Shown here: one piece after another, positions 34,178 through 44,201 of the stretch
How the letters are laid out: the number at the start of each line of letters is the position of its first letter
How positions within the stretch are numbered: position 1 is the stretch's first letter
NCBI GenBank assembly: GCA_024655885.1
Contig: JANLFN010000005.1
Coordinates: forward strand, 116,007-180,006
Length of the DNA stretch: 64,000 nt
Origin: Eubacteriales bacterium
GTDB taxonomy: Bacteria; Bacillota; Clostridia; Acetivibrionales; JANLFN01
Reading direction: 5' to 3'
Notes under the pieces: model-generated
What the model saw: only the letters and a program-made list of their open reading frames with translations
Database searches by the model: none
Told to the model about the DNA's origin: nothing
Program-made: the position numbers and the translations under genes

Positions 34178-35896
34178 TCACTCTTGCTTTTCAAGGTATC
34201 TTTTAATTTTTTTGGTTGTAGTTTTAGCAAACTCATTTTCACGCAGCCGGAAATTTTTTATGTACTTATAAGTGACCAGCTGCTTATTCACATCTTTTAC
34301 TTCACTTTTTATCAATTCGTGGACAAACTCATCGGTGATTTTCTGATCCTTAAAATCTTCCTGTATTTTTTCCATATCCGGAATAATGACGGCAGATACA
34401 GACACTTCACCGGGTTCTCCGCCATGTTCACCGTATACAAGGGATTCCTTTATGTGAGGGCTTTTATTGAGCAGTGCTTCAATTTCTTCAGGAAAAATAT
34501 TTTTTCCGTTCTTTGTGACGATGACATTTTTTTTACGGCCTGTAATATGGATAAATCCGTCACTATCATAAAATCCCAGGTCGCCCGTGCACAACCAACC
34601 GTCTTTGAAAACGGCGGCTGTGGCTCTTTCATCTTCGTAGTAACCCAGCATGACGCTTGGTCCTTTGACTATAATTTCTCCCACACCGTCATCTCCGGGA
34701 TTGTCGATTTTTACCTCTAGATTGGGAAGAGGCAGGCCTGCGGCGTCGTCTTTAAAATCCACATCCCGGTTCAGCGCAACAATGGGGGAACACTCGGTAA
34801 GGCCATATCCCTGTACAAAGTGAAGACCCAGATCTCTGAATCCCTTTGCCACCACAGGATCAATTCCTGCAGCTCCGCTGATAAGTATTTTTATTTTGCC
34901 GCCGAAATTTTCGTGGACTTGCGCAAACAACTTTTTTGTCACATCTATGCCAAGTTTTTTCAGGAAGTTGCTTATTTTAATCCCTATTTTCAGCTTTTTC
35001 AGCAGGGCAGGGTCCTTGGCCGCCTGGTCCCATATCCGGCGGTAAAAGGCTTCGAAAATCAAGGGGACTCCAAGCATTACAGTGGCTTTGGATTCCTGGA
35101 GGTTTTTGGGGATGTGCCTCAGGCCTTCGCAAAAGGCTATGGCAGCTCCTCGATATAGGGGGCAGAGAAAACCGCAGCTACACTCGTAGGTATGATGTAT
35201 GGGAAGCACGGATAAAAAAATGTCGTGCTCGGAAATATAAAGCATGGAGCACATGGCCATCAGGTTTGAACAGATGTTTTTGTGGGACAGCATTACCGCT
35301 TTTGAGGTATCCATTGTACCTGAAGTAAATAGGAGCATGTTTAAATCCTCATTATTGATTTCAGCCGCTATAAAACTTTGATCCCCCTTTGAAACCAATT
35401 CATAGCCCTTTTCTATCAAATCCTTGAAGGAAATGGCCCTGTCATGGCTTTCTTCCCCATCCATATTGATAAAGAAATCTACGGTGCCTATTCTGCCGGC
35501 GATTCTCATGATGTTCTCCCGGTTGTTCCCGGTGAATATTATGGCATTGGCCCTGGACCTTAATATCAGGCTTTCCACTTCATTTTCGGGGAGTTCCTTG
35601 TCGAGAGGCACAACGGTTCCTACTCCGTTTACAACAGCTAGGTAGGAAACGGCCCATTCATACCTGTTTTCACCGATCAATGCAATTCTTTTGCCTTTCA
35701 GTCCAAGATTTATGAGGGCGGTGCCAAGGGCATCCACGTCCTTTTTATATTGTTTATAGGACACCGGCGCATAGTTTTCATTTCCCTTTTTCTTTATCAG
35801 AAAGGCTGTCCTGCTGCCATACAAATCAACGCTGGAATTCAGCATTTCCTTTAGGCTGCTGATAGGTCTGACCTCATAGAGGGAGATATTCTTCAT
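34178..35896 (-). CDS. long-chain-fatty-acid--CoA ligase (AMP-forming, ANL superfamily)
   Basis: Motifs FTSGTMDTSKAVMLSH (AMP-binding) and GYGLTE...TGD are present. ATG 35896 follows GAGGTG; the 32-codon upstream extension in the track is hydrophobic nonsense. Confidence 0.88.
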   Translation of the reverse strand: MKNISLYEVRPISSLKEMLNSSVDLYGSRTAFLIKKKGNENYAPVSYKQYKKDVDALGTALINLGLKGKRIALIGENRYEWAVSYLAVVNGVGTVVPLDKELPENEVESLILRSRANAIIFTGNNRENIMRIAGRIGTVDFFINMDGEESHDRAISFKDLIEKGYELVSKGDQSFIAAEINNEDLNMLLFTSGTMDTSKAVMLSHKNICSNLMAMCSMLYISEHDIFLSVLPIHHTYECSCGFLCPLYRGAAIAFCEGLRHIPKNLQESKATVMLGVPLIFEAFYRRIWDQAAKDPALLKKLKIGIKISNFLKKLGIDVTKKLFAQVHENFGGKIKILISGAAGIDPVVAKGFRDLGLHFVQGYGLTECSPIVALNRDVDFKDDAAGLPLPNLEVKIDNPGDDGVGEIIVKGPSVMLGYYEDERATAAVFKDGWLCTGDLGFYDSDGFIHITGRKKNVIVTKNGKNIFPEEIEALLNKSPHIKESLVYGEHGGEPGEVSVSAVIIPDMEKIQEDFKDQKITDEFVHELIKSEVKDVNKQLVTYKYIKNFRLRENEFAKTTTKKIKRYLEKQE

Positions 35897-36108
35897 TGTA
35901 AAACACCTCATCAAAAATAATGTTAACTGAATAAGGTATATTATATATGAAGATGATGACAGTTTAAAGAAGATAATAAAATAATAATACATTTTATTAT
36001 TATTTATTTGACAAAACCCTGTGGATGTTAAAGAATAGGAATTATATAAGTGTAATATCTCACTAAGCTTATTAATTATAATAATACTACAACCAGGGAG
36101 GCAAAAAT

Positions 36109-36801
36109 ATGGATAATAACAGGGGAACGGGGAAACTTAGGAGACTGAACGAATACTTCCAGGTGGCCTTCAGGTTTTATAATTTAAAGCAGGAATACCT
36201 GACGCCTGTCCTTTTCGTAATACTGCTTGCCATAATTTTTCTGCCGAATTTAATTCAGGAGATTAATTTCACTTTTTTTGCGGCTTATATTGCCTCGAGA
36301 ATTGTTTTCTATGTTGTTTCAACCATTTACCTGCTGGCCTGCATCAAAGAATTTAAAAATGAGAAATATACCGTAAAAACCCTTTTAAAGGAAGTGATGC
36401 TAAAAATCCATAAAGTTATCGCCACATGGGCGATATATGATATTTTGACTTCGGCAGGAATGTTTTTGCTCATCGCTCCGGGAATATACTTCTATTTGAG
36501 CTATATTTTCAATATCTGCTATTTGATGGACAAAAATGAAAGTATTTTTGGAACCTTCAAAGCCAGCGGAAAAATAACTTCCGGAATCAAGCTGCAAATA
36601 CTCTATGCAATTTCATTCCTTGTACTGCTGCGGCTATTTCCCTTTATTGCCTATGATCCTGCAAAAAAATTTCTTATCTTCCTGTTTGTACTGTCTTTCC
36701 TTGCCTCGGTAACACATTTAATTCAACAAAGAATGGTGGCATTAATGTATATGGACCTGGAGTACGGGAAAAAACTTGATGAGGGGCAGGAATGGGAATA
36801 A
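36109..36801 (+). CDS. integral membrane protein, unknown function
   Basis: 230 aa with multiple hydrophobic spans. AGGGAGG RBS, and a hairpin with a T-run at ~36865-36900. Confidence 0.6.
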   Translation: MDNNRGTGKLRRLNEYFQVAFRFYNLKQEYLTPVLFVILLAIIFLPNLIQEINFTFFAAYIASRIVFYVVSTIYLLACIKEFKNEKYTVKTLLKEVMLKIHKVIATWAIYDILTSAGMFLLIAPGIYFYLSYIFNICYLMDKNESIFGTFKASGKITSGIKLQILYAISFLVLLRLFPFIAYDPAKKFLIFLFVLSFLASVTHLIQQRMVALMYMDLEYGKKLDEGQEWE

Positions 36802-37103
36802 TTGGATTGAATTATAATTAAATACAAAATATGGACGCATTTTTTTCATAACAGGCTTACTTTCCAAGGTAAGCTTTTATTTTTTTAGGCTTCGGTACAC
36901 TTTTTCAATTGTTTTCTGAGTAAAACGGCAGCTATTTGTGAATAATAGTAAAAAAGGACTGAGCATCTCCGGACAGAAGCTGTAGAAGACCCGGATTTTA
37001 GACACACGATACCGGGAACTCTTGAACATTTTTATGAGGTGGCGGACAATGTACATAATATATGCCTATATAATATGCTTGTGGCTGAGAAGCAGGTGAT
37101 TTT

Positions 37104-37262
37104 ATGGATTATATTCATATTAGCAACGATGAAGTTTTGAACAGAGGACGTATTGACGCCAATAAGATTTATTTGGACGACAAGGAATACCGGATCATTT
37201 CCTTTGAACTGGCAACGGGAGATTTTATCGTAGAGGAAATACCAAAGGATATGCTCCATTGA
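37104..37262 (+). CDS. small hypothetical protein (52 aa)
   Basis: Hand translation gives MDYIHISNDEVLNRGRIDANKIYLDDKEYRIISFELATGDFIVEEIPKDMLH. AGGTGA lies 7 nt upstream. It is preferred over the antisense 75-aa ORF 37032-37259. Confidence 0.45.
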   Translation: MDYIHISNDEVLNRGRIDANKIYLDDKEYRIISFELATGDFIVEEIPKDMLH

Positions 37263-37334
37263 CTTTTTGAATGCTATCCGAACATACGTTTGATTTGCTG
37301 CTTGAATTGTGTTATAATTGTTATGGGTGATACT

Positions 37335-37559
37335 ATGACAAATTATTTTTTAAAAAAATCTCTGGAGAATAACCTTGTTATAACTATTGTGTACCAGAAA
37401 AACGGAAGGATTACCCAAAGAAACATAAAAGTGCTGGGCATTGACGGAAGCCGGGTGAGGGCTTTTTGCTACCTGCGCGGACAGATAAGGGAGTTTAAAG
37501 TGGATAATATCCTTGCGGCAGGCTTTTTAAAGCCCACCGCCCGTAGAAGTATTTCTTAA
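37335..37559 (+). CDS. small WYL-like beta-barrel protein (74 aa)
   Basis: The pattern ITIVYQKNGRITQRNIKVLGIDGSRVRAFCYLRGQIREFKVDNI follows the WYL-domain core (I.Y...G..T.R.I.....-..A.C..R...R.F..D.I). The assignment rests on this motif only. Confidence 0.45.
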   Translation: MTNYFLKKSLENNLVITIVYQKNGRITQRNIKVLGIDGSRVRAFCYLRGQIREFKVDNILAAGFLKPTARRSIS

Positions 37560-37729
37560 ACTTTTTCCATCTTTCTGTGTCTTAGGACCATTCAAATTAT
37601 TTGCCTGCATTGACACACTTGCAGCAGCGCATCGGCTGCAGTGGAATTCAGTTTAAAAGGGAATTTTAATATGAGTTAGTTTTAAAAAATAATAAATAAA
37701 ACAGCACGGCATGTGTAATGATGTAAGCA

Positions 37730-37758
37730 TTGACAATATTTTACATATATGATATATT
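37730..37758 (+). promoter_or_regulatory. sigma-A-type promoter TTGACA-17-TGaTATATT
   Basis: Read directly, ~35 nt upstream of the TTG 37794 start. Confidence 0.55.
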
Positions 37759-37793
37759 GTATTATCAGTAGAGTAAATGAAGAGGTGAGGGTA

Positions 37794-38033
37794 TTGAAGG
37801 ATGAACAAAAACATGCTTTGGCAAAGTGCTGTATACTGATGCTGGAGATGTTAATCGTTGAATACAGGAGGAAGAACATAAGCAGCGAAAAATTTGCACA
37901 GGAGGCAAAATTGAAAATACATTTCCTCAAGGACTATGTTGCCCAACTGGAGGATAGTGAAGAAAAACAGCAAATTAAAAAGTTGTTGAAGAGTTGTGAT
38001 GATATTCTTGCTGTAAATAGTATTCCTCAATAA
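37794..38033 (+). CDS. small helical hypothetical protein (79 aa)
   Basis: The TTG start follows GAGGTGAGG, and a promoter lies directly upstream. The 3' end overlaps the convergent Spo0E-like gene by 59 nt. Confidence 0.4.
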   Translation: MKDEQKHALAKCCILMLEMLIVEYRRKNISSEKFAQEAKLKIHFLKDYVAQLEDSEEKQQIKKLLKSCDDILAVNSIPQ

Positions 38034-38151
38034 GCTTATCAAGTTCCCTGCTTACTTCTAAAATTTTTTCCTTATGCTGGACTTCGGCTTCCAATAATCT
38101 GTTAAGCTCTCTTCTTAAAAGCTCAATTTGCTTTTTTAAATTTTTCTGCAT
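37975..38151 (-). CDS. Spo0E-family aspartyl-phosphate phosphatase-like sporulation regulator
   Basis: The family signature is IELLRRELNRLL...EKILEVSRELDKLIEEY. ATG 38151 follows GAGG. Confidence 0.7.
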   Translation of the reverse strand: MQKNLKKQIELLRRELNRLLEAEVQHKEKILEVSRELDKLIEEYYLQQEYHHNSSTTF

Positions 38152-38475
38152 TTGTATCAACCTCGTTTTATCATTTGTAGATTATTACATATATTGTCTT
38201 AGTATACTCTCTATTTACATAATTTGTCTATCGTTTTACATTAAAAGACAAAAGCTAACAGGATATCCTTTTTTTTCACAAAAATCACAAGCATCTACCC
38301 TTTTTGCAAAAATCTTTGTATCTTTGTTCTTACACTATTATTTTCATATAACCCATGCTTTATTCCATAGAAACCAAATTAAAGATGGCGCTGGCAAAGG
38401 GTTAAAATAGCCTTTTAATGGGGATTTAAAAGGAAGGGCCCCTGTAGTTTTCTTGTATTTCCATTAATACGCGTG

Positions 38476-38504
38476 AAAAAAATCCCCCTGATAGCAAGGG
38501 GGAT
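38476..38504 (-). terminator. rho-independent terminator (ATCCCCCT/AGGGGGAT stem plus U-run on the minus strand)
   Basis: Read directly. It begins 2 nt after the stop of the 58-aa ORF. Confidence 0.75.
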
Positions 38505-38506
38505 CG

Positions 38507-38683
38507 CTAATTCTCCTTTTCTTGGTGTTTTTCACCGACAGTTTGCCGGTCTGTATCTATCTGCTCGTCTCTAACTTTTTTATTTTTTGAACAGGCATAA
38601 GTTTTAAAGCGGTTACGGAACCTTTCCTGTGAGCATCCGGCCGGAGTTCCTTTTGATAGGGACAGCAATTCCCTGTAGTCCAT
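38507..38683 (-). CDS. small basic hypothetical protein (58 aa)
   Basis: Hand translation gives MDYRELLSLSKGTPAGCSQERFRNRFKTYACSKNKKVRDEQIDTDRQTVGEKHQEKEN. GGAGG lies 7 nt upstream and a dedicated terminator lies downstream. The ORF is below the track cutoff. Confidence 0.55.
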   Translation of the reverse strand: MDYRELLSLSKGTPAGCSQERFRNRFKTYACSKNKKVRDEQIDTDRQTVGEKHQEKEN

Positions 38684-38780
38684 AAGCTCGCCTCCTATAC
38701 ATCAGTACAGTATAATTATATGAAATAAATAGAAGGATGTTACACTTATGTTGACTTATTAAGTAACTTGCATCCCAGGT

Positions 38781-39134
38781 TCATTCTACAATTCTGTTTG
38801 CTTCATCTACATGGAGGACAACGGGCTTGTGATTTGCCGCCGATTCTTCATCTATGAGGCAGTAAGCCATGATGATAAGAAGATCGCCCTTATGGACAAG
38901 CCTCGCTGCAGCGCCGTTGAGGCAGATATCTCCCCGTCCTTTTTCTCCTTTTATGACATAGGTCTGGAATCTTTTTCCGTTATTGATGTTTACCACCTGT
39001 ACCTGTTCGTTTTCATAAAGACCGGCAGCATTCATCAAATTTTCGTCGATGGTGATGCTTCCCACATAGTTGAGATTGGCATCCGTAACCGTTGCCCTGT
39101 GGATTTTGCTTTTTAACATGAATAAGCCCTTCAT
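38781..39134 (-). CDS. panD: aspartate 1-decarboxylase (pyruvoyl-dependent)
   Basis: The sequence [25 protein letters not shown] contains the G-S self-cleavage site. It overlaps the panC stop (ATGA). Confidence 0.93.
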   Translation of the reverse strand: MKGLFMLKSKIHRATVTDANLNYVGSITIDENLMNAAGLYENEQVQVVNINNGKRFQTYVIKGEKGRGDICLNGAAARLVHKGDLLIIMAYCLIDEESAANHKPVVLHVDEANRIVE

Positions 39135-39976
39135 CCCGTCACCACCTTATTGTCAATCAGTCTTGTTTTCCCGATTTTTACCGCGACGGCCACCAGGACT
39201 TCCCCCTCTATCTTTTCAACGGGCATGAGGCTGTTGGGGTCAACAAAGTCAACATATTCAAGGGAGGCGCTTTTGGCAGTGCCGATGTGGTTGACCATCT
39301 CATTCCTTATATATGTGACATCTCTGACCCCGTGTCTAACAAGCTTTTCCGCAATATTCAAGGATTGGCTGAGAACTAAAGCCTGTTGCCTTTCATCTGC
39401 CGAAAGATAGGAATTCCTTGAACTCATGGCAAGCCCATCCGCTTCCCTGACAATGGGACAGCCGACAATTTCAATTCCCAAAGCAAGGTCGCTTACCATT
39501 TTCCTTATCACAGCCAGCTGCTGGGCGTCTTTTTGACCAAAATACGCCTTATCCGGCCTGACCAGGTTGAACAGTTTTGTGACTACGGTGCAAACCCCCT
39601 TAAAATGGCCCGGCCTTGCAGCACCGCACAGTACTTCGGTCAATCCTGACACTTCAACGTATGTGCAAAAGCCGTCAGGGTACATTTCGGAGGCCTGGGG
39701 CATAAAAACGATATCACAGCCCGCTTCCATACATACCTTTGCATCGTGTTCCTCATCCCGGGGATATTCCTCATAATCCTCGTTGGGCCCAAACTGGATG
39801 GGATTCACGAAAATGCTTGCCACAACCACATCGTTTTCCTTCCTGGCCCTTTCCATAAGGCTTTTATGTCCGTCATGCAGATAGCCCATTGTAGGGACAA
39901 AACCTATACTCAGGTTATTGGCCTTTACCTTTTTTATTTCCCGCTTCAAATCTTCCAGCTTTCTTACGGTTACCAT
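39131..39976 (-). CDS. panC: pantoate--beta-alanine ligase
   Basis: 281 aa with the motifs [13 protein letters not shown] and FGQKDAQQ. Confidence 0.93.
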   Translation of the reverse strand: MVTVRKLEDLKREIKKVKANNLSIGFVPTMGYLHDGHKSLMERARKENDVVVASIFVNPIQFGPNEDYEEYPRDEEHDAKVCMEAGCDIVFMPQASEMYPDGFCTYVEVSGLTEVLCGAARPGHFKGVCTVVTKLFNLVRPDKAYFGQKDAQQLAVIRKMVSDLALGIEIVGCPIVREADGLAMSSRNSYLSADERQQALVLSQSLNIAEKLVRHGVRDVTYIRNEMVNHIGTAKSASLEYVDFVDPNSLMPVEKIEGEVLVAVAVKIGKTRLIDNKVVTG

Positions 39977-39992
39977 TCTTTTTCTCCTTAAG

Positions 39993-40829
39993 TCAATACA
40001 GTTTTTTTATTTCCTCAAATAATAATTTGTCTATTTTAAAGGAGTGCTTTTCATCCGGAAAGACGCCGCTTTCAACGTCATTTATATACTCCCTGACGCC
40101 GCTTATGATCTCCTCTTTCAGATGCTTATATTGTTTCACAAACTTTGGCGTAAAATCAGAAAACATCCCCAGTAAATCCTGGGTAACCAGAATTTGTCCG
40201 TCGCAGGCGGCGCCGGCACCGATCCCTATTACAGGGATGGAGATGGAATCCCTTATCATGGCTGCAACTTCATCGGGAACACACTCCAGCACGATGGAAA
40301 ATGCGCCGGCATCTTCAAGAAGTTTGGCGCCTTCTATGATTTTACCGACCTGTTCTTTTGTCTTTCCATATACCTTAAATCCTCCGAACATGTTGACCGA
40401 TTGGGGTGTCAGGCCTAAATGCCCCATGACCGGAATCTGGGCTTTTATAATTCCCCTGATCTGGTCTGCGACCTCCGCACCGCCTTCAAGCTTTACTGCG
40501 TGAGCCATGCCCTCCTGGATCATTTTCCCCGCATTTCGGATGGATTCCTCCACACTGACGTGGTAGGACAAAAAGGGCATATCTGCCACAATAAGGCTGT
40601 TTTTGGAGCCTCTTGCCACTGCCCTAGTGTGGTGAATAATGTCTTCCACCGTCACCTGGAGCGTATTTTCATAACCCAGCATTACCATTCCAAGGGAATC
40701 CCCTACAAGGATACCGTCCACCCCGGCTTCATCCACCAGCTTAGCCATGGAATAATCATAGGCCGTAAGCATGGTAAGCTTTTTTCCCTGGGACTTCGCT
40801 TCTCTGAAATATGAGGTTGTCTTTTTCAT
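39993..40829 (-). CDS. panB: 3-methyl-2-oxobutanoate hydroxymethyltransferase
   Basis: 278 aa with [14 protein letters not shown] and KLEGG motifs. Confidence 0.93.
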   Translation of the reverse strand: MKKTTSYFREAKSQGKKLTMLTAYDYSMAKLVDEAGVDGILVGDSLGMVMLGYENTLQVTVEDIIHHTRAVARGSKNSLIVADMPFLSYHVSVEESIRNAGKMIQEGMAHAVKLEGGAEVADQIRGIIKAQIPVMGHLGLTPQSVNMFGGFKVYGKTKEQVGKIIEGAKLLEDAGAFSIVLECVPDEVAAMIRDSISIPVIGIGAGAACDGQILVTQDLLGMFSDFTPKFVKQYKHLKEEIISGVREYINDVESGVFPDEKHSFKIDKLLFEEIKKLY

Positions 40830-40831
40830 TT

Positions 40832-41662
40832 TTACTCCTCCAATAGCTTGTTTAACTCATTTCTTTTATTCTCCCCTATGGCACCCCGTTTATAGGAAAG
40901 GGACACTGCAACCTTGCCAAGGCTTCTGTACAGGTCTTGATAATCGGTGAGCGCCTCCAGGTGCTTTTTTACCGTCCCTGTATCTCCTCTTACAATGGGT
41001 CCCGTCAGGGCACGGTCAATGCCGTAATTCGCAATGTTGTTTACTGCTCCGGCTAAAAGGGGATAAATGGATTTTTCCAATTCCCGGGGCATGCCGCATT
41101 GGATGAGAATTTCCTTCGAAATTTCTGCAAGACACACGATGTAATTGGACGCAAAGACTGCAGCCGCATGGTATTTGGCCTTGTTTTCACCTTGGATGGG
41201 GAAGTGCTTTATCTTTGCGGCATCTAAGAAATCCTGGATTAAGTTTAAATTCCTGCCTTCGATAGTAAAAAATGCATTTTGGAGTTCTTTGAACACCTCC
41301 GGGTGGGAAAAGGGGAACAATGGGTGAAGGGAATACCCGTATGCGCGGCAGTCTTCGATGCCGCAAAAGATATGGGAGGACAAAGACCCGCTCATGTGGA
41401 ATATCTTCTTGTCCTCTATGTTGAAATCCTTTATTTGGTTCCAAACAGAAGCGATGGCGTCGTCGGGTGTAGTAATAAAGATGTACTCGCACCCCGCAAC
41501 CAGTTCGCCCAATGACAGGCACAGAGTGTCGGTAAACAGGGCGGCCTTTTTTGCAGAGGAGGCACTTCGGCTGAAATAGCCTAAAACCTCCACCCTGTTT
41601 TCCTTTAAATAGCGTCCGAAGGCGGTTCCAACCTTTCCGGCGCCGATGAAGCCTATTTTCAT
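40832..41662 (-). CDS. Rossmann + DUF2520-type oxidoreductase, probable PanG-type ketopantoate reductase
   Basis: [16 protein letters not shown] dinucleotide fold. The gene is first in the pan operon, 2 nt from panB. ATG 41662 follows AAGGAAGGAG; the 64 upstream codons in the track are rejected. Confidence 0.6.
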   Translation of the reverse strand: MKIGFIGAGKVGTAFGRYLKENRVEVLGYFSRSASSAKKAALFTDTLCLSLGELVAGCEYIFITTPDDAIASVWNQIKDFNIEDKKIFHMSGSLSSHIFCGIEDCRAYGYSLHPLFPFSHPEVFKELQNAFFTIEGRNLNLIQDFLDAAKIKHFPIQGENKAKYHAAAVFASNYIVCLAEISKEILIQCGMPRELEKSIYPLLAGAVNNIANYGIDRALTGPIVRGDTGTVKKHLEALTDYQDLYRSLGKVAVSLSYKRGAIGENKRNELNKLLEE

Positions 41663-41838
41663 ATGCAGCTCCTTCCTTAGTCCCAAGAGTCCCATTCCAC
41701 CCGGATATGGGCTTCCTGCAGTCCTGAACAGTGCTGTTTGTGCTATTATCATAATATTATACCACATTTTACGGTATAGCATCATTTTATTGTGGTTTAT
41801 TTTATAAAATGATATGGAGGATAACGATAAGGAAAGAA

Positions 41839-42441
41839 GTGAAGACTGTGCCAACGAATTTTTTCTATCAGATTAGTTTCGATATCGGTCAATGTGACGA
41901 AGTTATTTTATCGAATGAAGCAGATAGGGCGGAGAAATTGGTAAAGCTTTTGGTAGGAGTGTATTCTAAGCACATTGACCAGATCCATTCGGGATTAACA
42001 TTAAAAAATTCCGATGAAGGCTCCAGAGATTATTTCTCCGATCTGAAAGTGCTGAAGGCAAAACTTGAGATTCTTAAGACCCAGGTAGAAAATAATTTGT
42101 ATAAACCTCAAGGGCAGAATCAAAGCGGATTTGTTATCAACAATAGTGCGGTGAACAAAAGTTCAAATAACTATGCAGCGAGCAAAGATGCAAATATAGC
42201 TGCTTATCTGGAGAATTTGCGCCAGGAGATCAGAGATAACGAATTCCTGTCCAGCGATGAGACCAACGAGATATTGGATAGGATTGATGAGATCGAACAG
42301 ATTGCCGGAGACCCGGAGACAAAAAAGGAAAAGTGGCTGAAACTCAGGCAAATGATGGGGTGGATCAGCACTAAGGGTCCGGATGTGGGGCTTAAGCTGA
42401 TGCGGCTGATTCTAGTTGTATTTGAAGAAAAGAAAGGATAA
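41839..42441 (+). CDS. hypothetical protein
   Basis: An ORF of 200-210 aa with no motif I recognise. The start is uncertain (GTG 41839 after AAGGAAAGAAG, or ATG 41809). Confidence 0.5.
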   Translation: MKTVPTNFFYQISFDIGQCDEVILSNEADRAEKLVKLLVGVYSKHIDQIHSGLTLKNSDEGSRDYFSDLKVLKAKLEILKTQVENNLYKPQGQNQSGFVINNSAVNKSSNNYAASKDANIAAYLENLRQEIRDNEFLSSDETNEILDRIDEIEQIAGDPETKKEKWLKLRQMMGWISTKGPDVGLKLMRLILVVFEEKKG

Positions 42442-42500
42442 GGCGGTAAGAAGGGCTATGCGGCAAAAGCCCAAAGGCTTCATGCCTCTGGGCTTTAATC

Positions 42501-42576
42501 TGGCAGGGGAGACAGGACTCGAACCTGCAGCCGACGGTTTTGGAGACCGCTACTCTACCAATTGCGCTACTCCCCT
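42501..42576 (-). tRNA. tRNA-Trp: tRNA-Trp (anticodon CCA), 76 nt with encoded CCA end
   Basis: The manual cloverleaf has acceptor AGGGGAG/CTCCCCT, anticodon loop CTCCAAA, T-arm GCAGG-TTCGAGT-CCTGT and discriminator G. A hairpin terminator lies at 42468-42495. Confidence 0.92.
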
Positions 42577-42591
42577 ATAAAAGACTACTAT

Positions 42592-42620
42592 AGTATACAA
42601 TAAGGGAATTTCTCTGTCAA
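42592..42620 (-). promoter_or_regulatory. sigma-A-type promoter TTGACA-17-TATACT for tRNA-Trp
   Basis: Read on the minus strand. The -10 element ends ~15 nt upstream of the tRNA 5' end. Confidence 0.55.
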
Positions 42621-42814
42621 TGAGAGTTATAAAGAATTAATTTAATTTGTCGCGAGAATTTTACGAAATGCATATCAGCGCAGGATATTGCACAGATTTG
42701 CCGGCGGGCGGAACACCCTGTCCGCCTGTGCTATTTCCATTAGTTCTATGGATTTGTATGAATTTGTGATATCATAATAAAGTAAAATAGATAAAGTGAA
42801 GCAGGAGTGATTGT

Positions 42815-43639
42815 ATGAATATCAGTGTCGGATTTATCGGAGCGGGGAATATGGGTGCGGCAATGATAAAAAGCCTTGTAAAGTCAGGTACTGTGCCTCC
42901 GGGGAAAATATATATCTATGATGTGGATCCGGTGAAATTGAGAGCATTAAAGGAGGAGACAGGTGTAAATATCGGAAACGGCAGTGCGGCAGTAGTGGAA
43001 AAATCCGATGTGGTAATCCTTGCAGTTAAACCCAATACGATCAAAGAGGTACTCGAAGCATGTAAGGACAAGCTGGATCAAAAGAAAATATTGGTTTCCA
43101 TTGCGGTGGGCATTCCTCTTAAGTTTTATAAAGGAATTGTGGGCCGCGATAAAAAGATTGTCCGCACCATGCCCAATACACCTGCCCTTGTAGGGGAGGG
43201 GATGACTTTGGTGTCCTTTGATGAAAATATAAACCAGGAGGATAGGGCCGTTGTAAAGACTTTGTTTGAATGTCTGGGCAAGGTGGAGACTTTGGATGAG
43301 AAGCTCATGACTGAAGTAACCGCGCTTACGGGAAGCAGTCCCGCTTATGTGTTTATGTTCATTGAAGCCATGGCGGATGCCGCGGTTTTATCCGGAATGC
43401 CGAGAAACCTTGCCTATAAGCTTGCTGCCCAGGCTGTGCTTGGCTCTGCAAAGATGGTGCTGGAGACCGGAAAACACCCGGCAGACTTGAAAGACCAGGT
43501 TTGCTCACCTGCAGGCACCACCATAGAAGCTGTGAGTGCACTGGAGAAAAACAGGTTCAGGTATGCCGTCATTGAGGCAATGAATGAATGTACAAAAAGG
43601 GCAAGGGAAATAGGCCGGCAGTTTGATGGCGAAATGTAA
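42815..43639 (+). CDS. proC: pyrroline-5-carboxylate reductase
   Basis: 274 aa with the GFIGAGNMG fold and the C-terminal SPAGTTIEA motif. Confidence 0.92.
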   Translation: MNISVGFIGAGNMGAAMIKSLVKSGTVPPGKIYIYDVDPVKLRALKEETGVNIGNGSAAVVEKSDVVILAVKPNTIKEVLEACKDKLDQKKILVSIAVGIPLKFYKGIVGRDKKIVRTMPNTPALVGEGMTLVSFDENINQEDRAVVKTLFECLGKVETLDEKLMTEVTALTGSSPAYVFMFIEAMADAAVLSGMPRNLAYKLAAQAVLGSAKMVLETGKHPADLKDQVCSPAGTTIEAVSALEKNRFRYAVIEAMNECTKRAREIGRQFDGEM

Positions 43640-43726
43640 CCGGTGTTCTGCTCCAATTTTTGTTGTAGGCACTATATGGCATATTCTATCAAACCGGACT
43701 CTTAAATTTATGTGAATGGAGAACCT

Positions 43727-44164
43727 ATGAAAAAGGTGATTATTTATACGGACGGCGCATGTTCGGGAAACCCGGGAAAAGGGGGCTGGGCGGCTGTACT
43801 AAAATATGGCGAGAAAGAGAGAGAAATATCCGGTTTTGAAAATAATACCACCAATAACCAGATGGAGCTCAGGGCTGCAATTGAAGCGCTAAAATGTCTC
43901 AAAGAGCCATGTGAAGTGGAGTTATACAGTGACAGCGCCTATCTGATAAACGGCTTTAATAAAAATTGGCTGAAGAATTGGAAGCTTAACGGATGGATGA
44001 ATGCTGAGAAGGAAGCTGTAAAGAATATTGACCTTTGGAAGCAGCTGGACAGCTTGAACAATATACATAAAATCCGGTGGATTAAAGTCAAAGGCCATGC
44101 GGACAATGAATACAACAACCGGTGTGACAGGATGGCCGTAAACGAGATAAAAATGCATGAATAA
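43727..44164 (+). CDS. rnhA: ribonuclease HI
   Basis: Motifs [21 protein letters not shown] and DSAY are present. Confidence 0.9.
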   Translation: MKKVIIYTDGACSGNPGKGGWAAVLKYGEKEREISGFENNTTNNQMELRAAIEALKCLKEPCEVELYSDSAYLINGFNKNWLKNWKLNGWMNAEKEAVKNIDLWKQLDSLNNIHKIRWIKVKGHADNEYNNRCDRMAVNEIKMHE

Positions 44165-44201
44165 TACGGCTTGCAGGAAAATATTATACGGAGGAAATAA
44201 G

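Noticed and set aside
37032-37259. 75-aa minus-strand ORF
   Set aside because: It has no RBS and an odd composition. The overlapping + strand 52-aa ORF (37104-37262) has AGGTGA at the correct spacing and a protein-like sequence. Neither is certain.
40832-41854. Full 340-aa ORF for the first pan-operon gene
   Set aside because: The first 64 codons are low-complexity and span the promoter region. A strong RBS (AAGGAAGGAG) precedes the internal ATG at 41662, which begins directly with the Rossmann GxGxxG fold.
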